Below are positions 59,059-64,000 of a DNA stretch of 64,000 nt, one piece after another. Position numbers and translations under genes: made by a program. Origin of the DNA: Planctomycetota bacterium (GTDB lineage: Bacteria; Planctomycetota; UBA8108; UBA1146). The stretch covers positions 1 to 64,000 of the forward strand of contig JAYZBV010000037.1 of NCBI GenBank assembly GCA_036338595.1. The letters run 5' to 3'. The notes beneath the pieces are model-generated. The model worked only from the letters and a program-made list of their open reading frames with translations. It did no database searches and was not told the origin of the DNA. Numbering within the stretch: position 1 is the stretch's first letter; the number at the start of each line of letters is the position of its first letter.

Positions 59059-59478
59059 CTACTTTTTTTTGCGCCGCTTGGCCTTCTTCTTGGCCTTGCG
59101 CTTGGCTGGCTTCTTCTTGGCCTTGCGCTTGGCCTTCTTCTTGGCCTTCTTCTTGGCTGGCTTCTTCTTTGCCTTGCGCTTGGCCTTCTTCTTCGTGGCC
59201 TTCTTCTTCGTCTTGCGCTTGGCCTTCTTCTTGGTCTTGCGCTTGGCCTTCTTCTTCGCAGCCTTCTTCTTGGTCTTGCGCTTGGCCTTCTTCTTCGCAG
59301 CCTTCTTCTTGGTCTTGCGCTTGGCCTTCTTCTTCGCCTTCTTCTTCGCCTTGCGCTTCGCGGGCTTCCGCTTCGCGGCCTTCTTCTTCGTCTTGCGCTT
59401 CGCGGTTTTCCGCTTCGCGGTTTTCCGCTTAGCGGTCTTCCGTTTCGCCTTCTTCTTCGCCGCCTTCTTCTTGGCCAT
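59059..59478 (-). CDS. Histone H1-like Lys/Ala/Arg-rich nucleic-acid-binding protein
   Basis: MAKKKAAKKKAKRKTAKRK...; after Met only K, A, R, T and P occur. AGGAG RBS; GC-biased codons (AAG, GCC, CGC). Confidence 0.85.
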   Translation of the reverse strand: MAKKKAAKKKAKRKTAKRKTAKRKTAKRKTKKKAAKRKPAKRKAKKKAKKKAKRKTKKKAAKKKAKRKTKKKAAKKKAKRKTKKKAKRKTKKKATKKKAKRKAKKKPAKKKAKKKAKRKAKKKPAKRKAKKKAKRRKKK

Positions 59479-60080
59479 GCCAACTCCTATCGGGGTCTAT
59501 GCCCCAAAGACCTGATGCTCACGCCCCCCTCCGAGGGGACGACCGATAGAAGCTGAGGTGCAACCGTTGCACCCTGCCTCCACCGGAAAGAACTCGTGGA
59601 AAGTATGTGTGGGGAACTTCTCTTCATGCAAGCCACGTCCAGCGCGCCTGAAGAGGTGGGTCGATGACTCGACCTGGCGGGAACTCCCGACACGGATCCG
59701 CTTTCAGATCCGTGGCCAGGTCCCTGCTGATCATCCATCGATTCGCCGACACGGGCAGATGCCGTGTTCACGGAACCGACTTGCTTGTAGAGAGTGGGTT
59801 GGACCAACCCGTCCCCCAGTGTCGCCCTGCCCGGAGAGGAGAGTGCGTCGTGACGACGCGAGCGCATTCCCCTTCACCACGATGGAGTACGAGAGGTCCT
59901 ACGAAAGATCATCACTTTCCCGACCGATGTGACTCGCAAACTCCAGCGCAGTGGAAAGCACCTCCCGTTCCCCTCGGGTGATCGGTGCTCCCCGTCAACG
60001 GCGGTATACTACAGAAACACGCACCGTGTTCCATCTACTTTTTTTTTGTGCGATGCCGTCACTGGAGAAAATCAGTGCGG

Positions 60081-60120
60081 AAAAAAGAAGGGGCTTTCAC
60101 CGTGTCACGGTAAAAGCCCC
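60081..60120 (-). terminator. Intrinsic terminator
   Basis: Minus strand reads GGGGCTTTTACCGT-GAC-ACGGTGAAAGCCCC followed by TTCTTTTTT. Confidence 0.85.
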
Positions 60121-60153
60121 CATGTTCATGCAATTTCGCTCTAAATAGTCGAA

Positions 60154-61041
60154 TCAGCGCGATGCAATCGAACTACCTAGAGACGAAACGATGGTGGAAA
60201 TCAATGTTTCCGTTTCCGGATCGACTTCGGCGGGGGTGTAGATGGAGACCAGTAGAGTCCCCTCGTTTGCCGCGACGAGTGCATGAAGACATTTTTTCTG
60301 TTGATCGGGAGAGATGCTCTCATGGATGAAGGCCGCTCTCAATGGAGCCAGCACCCATGCCCGTCCGGTACTCGACGGAGCAAAACCAACCTCTTCCAGG
60401 CGATCTCCGAGCGAGTTGGCGGCGACTTCCGGAGTCAGTTTGGTTCCCCGGTAGCGATCCAGTGCGATCAGTATCGACCCATCTTCTGATGAGATCCTTG
60501 CGGCTCCCTTGGCACTCACTGATTGCCAATCTTCAGGCACATCCAGAGCCAGTCCCAGCCCATCGAGTTGAGCCGTACGAAAGACCGTCAACTCGGGATC
60601 GACTGTAGCCACCTCCACGACATCGGATTCCAGCGCCTCGCTGAGCTCGGTACTGCCGTCGCCCTGAGTCAACTCAACCGCGTCCGACGGGTCATCGGTA
60701 GATGGCCCCACATCGGCAGAAGCACTCGGCAGAAGTTCAGCAAGTTCAGGCAACTGGATGTGTGTGATTCCAGCAGTTGTCTTCAGGGGTGGCTGGGCAT
60801 CGAGCCGGCGAGCCAGATATTCCTTTTCGGAAGTCTCCAGCACCACCTCGGAGATGAAGCGGCGATAGAAGGTCGCCCTTCCATTGGCCCAGGTCAGGAT
60901 CACCTTCTCGTCATCGCTCGCGATGACCTTGCCGCTGATGACGTGGCCATTCTTGAGGAACACCGTGCCACCTTCTGCAGGGACGGTCGGGATCACCAAC
61001 AACAAGGAGACCAGTCCAAGTAGGAATGTGTACTTTTTCAT
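60154..61041 (-). CDS. Secreted hypothetical protein
   Basis: Signal peptide; small beta domain VFLKNGHVISGKVI; acidic linker; alpha/beta C-terminal domain. Confidence 0.75.
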   Translation of the reverse strand: MKKYTFLLGLVSLLLVIPTVPAEGGTVFLKNGHVISGKVIASDDEKVILTWANGRATFYRRFISEVVLETSEKEYLARRLDAQPPLKTTAGITHIQLPELAELLPSASADVGPSTDDPSDAVELTQGDGSTELSEALESDVVEVATVDPELTVFRTAQLDGLGLALDVPEDWQSVSAKGAARISSEDGSILIALDRYRGTKLTPEVAANSLGDRLEEVGFAPSSTGRAWVLAPLRAAFIHESISPDQQKKCLHALVAANEGTLLVSIYTPAEVDPETETLISTIVSSLGSSIASR

Positions 61042-61697
61042 CGACTTTTCGCTCCAATTCCTTGCTGGTGCTGATCGATCACATCGTCAACCCAGTTTTC
61101 GAACTCGGCCACAGCAGCAGGGCTCACCGAATCATCGGTCACGGGACCCATCTTCCCCCACGGGAAGAAGAGCAGCACTGCGCCGAGCAGAAGCGACGCT
61201 GCGATCACACCTGGCTTCCAGTGCTCGATGGCAAGTTCACGAGCCTGTTCGGCCAACTCGCGGGCACGCTCCCCGATTTCACGAGCCCTGTCGATGACGC
61301 GATGCGTCACCTTCAGGAGTTCATCCTTGTAGGAGGGGTCAGAGCCTTCGACGAGGCTGGTGATATCCTCGACACTTTCAACATCGGGGAGATCGTCGAT
61401 CAGATGAGCGGTGATCTCCGGGAGGTCATCCAGTTCGGTGCATTGCTCCTCACCGGGTCTCACCGACAGCAATACAGGAATATCCTGATCGTCCTCGATG
61501 GTTTCATCGTCATCGAGGAACACGATGACATCATCCTCATGTAGTTGATTCAGATCGACGAGGTCCGTATCGGGAGTGACGACCTCCGTCTCCTCGACCG
61601 GATCCTTCACGGATCCAGGAACAGGGGACGTGGTGGCAGACTCCTCGATCAGGTCCTCCTCGGTGGCTGATTTCAATTTGTCTTCATTCATCGGCAA
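61038..61697 (-). CDS. Acidic hypothetical protein with one TM helix
   Basis: Asp/Glu-rich with TM GVIAASLLLGAVLLFF; 4-nt overlap with the downstream gene; start uncertain. Confidence 0.7.
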   Translation of the reverse strand: MPMNEDKLKSATEEDLIEESATTSPVPGSVKDPVEETEVVTPDTDLVDLNQLHEDDVIVFLDDDETIEDDQDIPVLLSVRPGEEQCTELDDLPEITAHLIDDLPDVESVEDITSLVEGSDPSYKDELLKVTHRVIDRAREIGERARELAEQARELAIEHWKPGVIAASLLLGAVLLFFPWGKMGPVTDDSVSPAAVAEFENWVDDVIDQHQQGIGAKSR

Positions 61698-61802
61698 TTT
61701 CCCTACTTGTTACCTGGCCAACCACCCACCGGGCGGGGGGATGGTCCACGCTAAAGAGTAGGATGAGATCGAGGATGGTGCCAAATGGGCCCGGAAACCG
61801 TG

Positions 61803-62387
61803 TCAGGAGCTGGATACGAGGTCCTCGGAGAGTTCGTGATCCGCAACAACCGGACCCAGGGTCGGAGCCGCATGAAGTGGTTTTCCGCAACTGCGGCAAC
61901 TGCCAGGCTCCAGATCAACACTGCCGCACAGGCGACAGAATCTTGTCAACAGCCCCTGGAGATCGAGCAGCCAGCGAACCTGCTGCCCGGTCAGAGCGCC
62001 TTGACGAACCAGCACCTCGCCGATGCGAAAACGAAGACCGATCCTACGAAGTTGTGCCTGTTCCCGGACAGCCGACTCCAGTTGATCGAGAGTGATCCAG
62101 CCTCGATCTCTCGCCAGGCGACCCAGTGAACCATCCTCGGATCGGCGCCGTCGCCCATCTCCGACTCTCGTCCTGAGGTGATCCCTGGTCATCTTGAGCA
62201 CACAGTTGGCCACACTCATGGCCAGCGCACCACTTCGGATCAGAACCTCCAGCAACTCTCTCGCCCCCGGGTCTCTCGGGCAGCAAAGAAGTGCCTCAGC
62301 GATGTGATCATCCTCGATCCAGCCCCGAAGGCGCAGGATTCGCACTGCCATCATCAGATCCGGTGCTCGAGTCGAGGCGCTTGGCAT
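61803..62387 (-). CDS. Hypothetical protein with MshEN-like repeats and a C-terminal zinc ribbon
   Basis: SLGRLARDRGWITLDQLESAVREQ, RIGEVLVRQGALTGQQV and CRLC...CRSC; GGAGG RBS lies inside the hemW 3' end. Confidence 0.7.
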   Translation of the reverse strand: MPSASTRAPDLMMAVRILRLRGWIEDDHIAEALLCCPRDPGARELLEVLIRSGALAMSVANCVLKMTRDHLRTRVGDGRRRRSEDGSLGRLARDRGWITLDQLESAVREQAQLRRIGLRFRIGEVLVRQGALTGQQVRWLLDLQGLLTRFCRLCGSVDLEPGSCRSCGKPLHAAPTLGPVVADHELSEDLVSSS

Positions 62388-63582
62388 CTGAGGCTCCCTC
62401 CAGTTCTTCGACCAGCGACAGGATGATCGAATCGAGGACCTCGAAGCCCAGATCAGTGATCCGGACCCTGTCCTCCTCATGAAGAAGCAAACCCCGCCGC
62501 TCGAATCTGCGCAAACTGGACTCACAGATGTGCTCGAGGGAAAATCCAGTTGCGGCACGAATCTCGGCCAGATCGAGCCCTGAAACCAACCTCGCCTGGA
62601 GCATGATCGTTTCCACTGCAGCAGTGATCCGGTCAGGAACTTCCTGGTCTACCCGTTTCGGTGAGCCTCCTGATTCGATGTATGAGGTGACATTTGCGAG
62701 GTTTTTCCACCGTTTGCCCTCATGAAAAGAGGCCGCACCGCTGCCGATGCCCAGGTAGGTGCCACGCTGCCAGTAGTTGAGATTGTGAAGGGATTCTCCT
62801 CCTCGCTTGTACAGATTGGAAACCTCGTATCTCCGATATCCCTGGTCGGTCAAGCCGGATAAGAACTGCCTTGCACGATCGATGCACTGCTCATCTTGTA
62901 ACGGATCGATGTCTCCCCTGCTTCGCATCTTATCGAGCCAGGTTCCGCGTTCGTAACTGAGATGGTAGAGACTGATATGGTCTGGATCGATCTGCTCCAC
63001 TGCAGCAAGATCTGCGATCACCGATGGCTCATCCTGGCCAGGCCAGCCGACAATCAGGTCAAGATTGGTTCTGGGGACGCCGAGACGGTGCATCATCTGA
63101 TGAACCTCGATCACCCTGGAAGCATCGTGTTGCCTGCCGAGAAGCGAGAGTCCTTTCTCGTCAAAGGTCTGAGCACCGGTGCTGATTCGATCCACGCCGA
63201 ATTGAAGGGCTACCTCCAACTTCTTCTCATCGATGGACTCCGGATTGGTTTCCACGGTCCATTCGCTCAACCCCGCACCGAAATGATCTCCCAGTGCCTG
63301 CAACAGGTCGCTCCAGGAATCATCGTCGAGGGCACTGGGTGTCCCCCCTCCGATGAAGATGGTACGTGGCTTGAACCCCGTCACAGCGATCGATTCGATC
63401 TCCTTGATGAGGACCTGGGTGTACTTGCGAGTCACTGGAGGACTGAGGGATGCAACATGGAAGTCACAATATGTGCACCGAACTCTACAGAAAGGCACAT
63501 GCACATAGAGCCCCGGAGAGTAGCTCTCGTGGCGAATCGCTTCGATTCCTGTCTCCCTCCGATTGGTGGATCTCGCAGTCAT
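62308..63582 (-). CDS. hemW: Radical SAM heme chaperone HemW (HemN-like)
   Basis: LYVHVPFCRVRCTYCDF, GGGTPS, YEVSN and HNLNYW motifs. Confidence 0.92.
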   Translation of the reverse strand: MTARSTNRRETGIEAIRHESYSPGLYVHVPFCRVRCTYCDFHVASLSPPVTRKYTQVLIKEIESIAVTGFKPRTIFIGGGTPSALDDDSWSDLLQALGDHFGAGLSEWTVETNPESIDEKKLEVALQFGVDRISTGAQTFDEKGLSLLGRQHDASRVIEVHQMMHRLGVPRTNLDLIVGWPGQDEPSVIADLAAVEQIDPDHISLYHLSYERGTWLDKMRSRGDIDPLQDEQCIDRARQFLSGLTDQGYRRYEVSNLYKRGGESLHNLNYWQRGTYLGIGSGAASFHEGKRWKNLANVTSYIESGGSPKRVDQEVPDRITAAVETIMLQARLVSGLDLAEIRAATGFSLEHICESSLRRFERRGLLLHEEDRVRITDLGFEVLDSIILSLVEELEGASDAKRLDSSTGSDDGSANPAPSGLDRG

Positions 63583-63703
63583 TCTGTATCCTTATTCGAG
63601 GTCTCTCCCTGGATCCTACCCTCGACGCGACTCGGGGGCATCTGGCTCTCAGGACCTCCGGCCTCTGTCGGCCGCTGACGACGGATGAAGCGGGAGTCTT
63701 GAC

Positions 63704-64000
63704 ATGAGTAGCCTTCGTGGACATCTCGAGCACTTTGGTCTTCAGGAGTTGTTGCAGACCCTGTCCCATGGAGCTCGTACCGGCACGCTTCAGATCGAAC
63801 GCAACGACGAGAAGGTGTCGATCGTGTTCGAAACTGGCCACATCACGGTGGTTCGAACCGGCTCCTCAAGCCACATCCGCTTCCGCAGTATCTTGCTACG
63901 GGGAGGGATTGTTTCGGAAGCAGATCTTCTCCAGGCACGTAAAGATCAGGAAGAAACCGGAATGCTGCTCGGCAGGGCGCTCATCGAACGAGGAATCATC
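63704..64000 (+). CDS. DUF4388/PatA-N domain protein (partial, runs off the window end)
   Basis: Translated by hand: MSSLRGHLEHFGLQELLQTLSHGARTGTLQIER...LLGRALIERGII; GGGAG RBS. Confidence 0.85.
   Translation, partial: MSSLRGHLEHFGLQELLQTLSHGARTGTLQIERNDEKVSIVFETGHITVVRTGSSSHIRFRSILLRGGIVSEADLLQARKDQEETGMLLGRALIERGII

Noticed and set aside
59059..59478. Repetitive DNA as an array, or the opposite-strand Leu/Phe-rich ORFs as genes
   Set aside because: The repetition is explained by the Lys/Ala/Arg protein on the minus strand; the plus-strand ORFs are its shadows.
62308..63582. Radical SAM protein as maturase for the GG peptides
   Set aside because: Motifs match housekeeping HemW; no SPASM or RRE features seen, and it is far from the precursors.

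Overview
GC-rich bacterial chromosomal window. A Planctomycetota-like host is inferred from dockerin-like RGDxNxDG domains and gene context, not proven. Most of the window is housekeeping: accD, rpe, recJ, purQ/purL, accA, gcvT/gcvH, ribF, def, rpsT, tsaD, larB, nnrD, pyrK, aroK, hemW. A dispersed type IV pilus system is present: three tandem pilins, pilT-pilB-pilC-pilS-pilR, and a prepilin peptidase. RNA genes are tRNA-Phe(GAA), a tRNA-Leu with the rare A34 anticodon AAG, and a probable 6S RNA. I saw no CRISPR array, transposase or integrase. The most unusual signals are: (1) three tiny genes at two loci 28 kb apart encoding double-glycine-leader peptides with unrelated Lys-rich, Cys-free cores, a conserved 3'-UTR hairpin at both loci, and no recognisable maturation enzymes nearby; (2) tRNA-Leu(AAG); (3) a sigma-54 promoter followed by a structured leader and a stand-alone HNH nuclease; (4) a histone H1-like protein gene flanked by hairpin-dense non-coding DNA on both sides. 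Product calls come from motif recognition by eye; no database searches were run.
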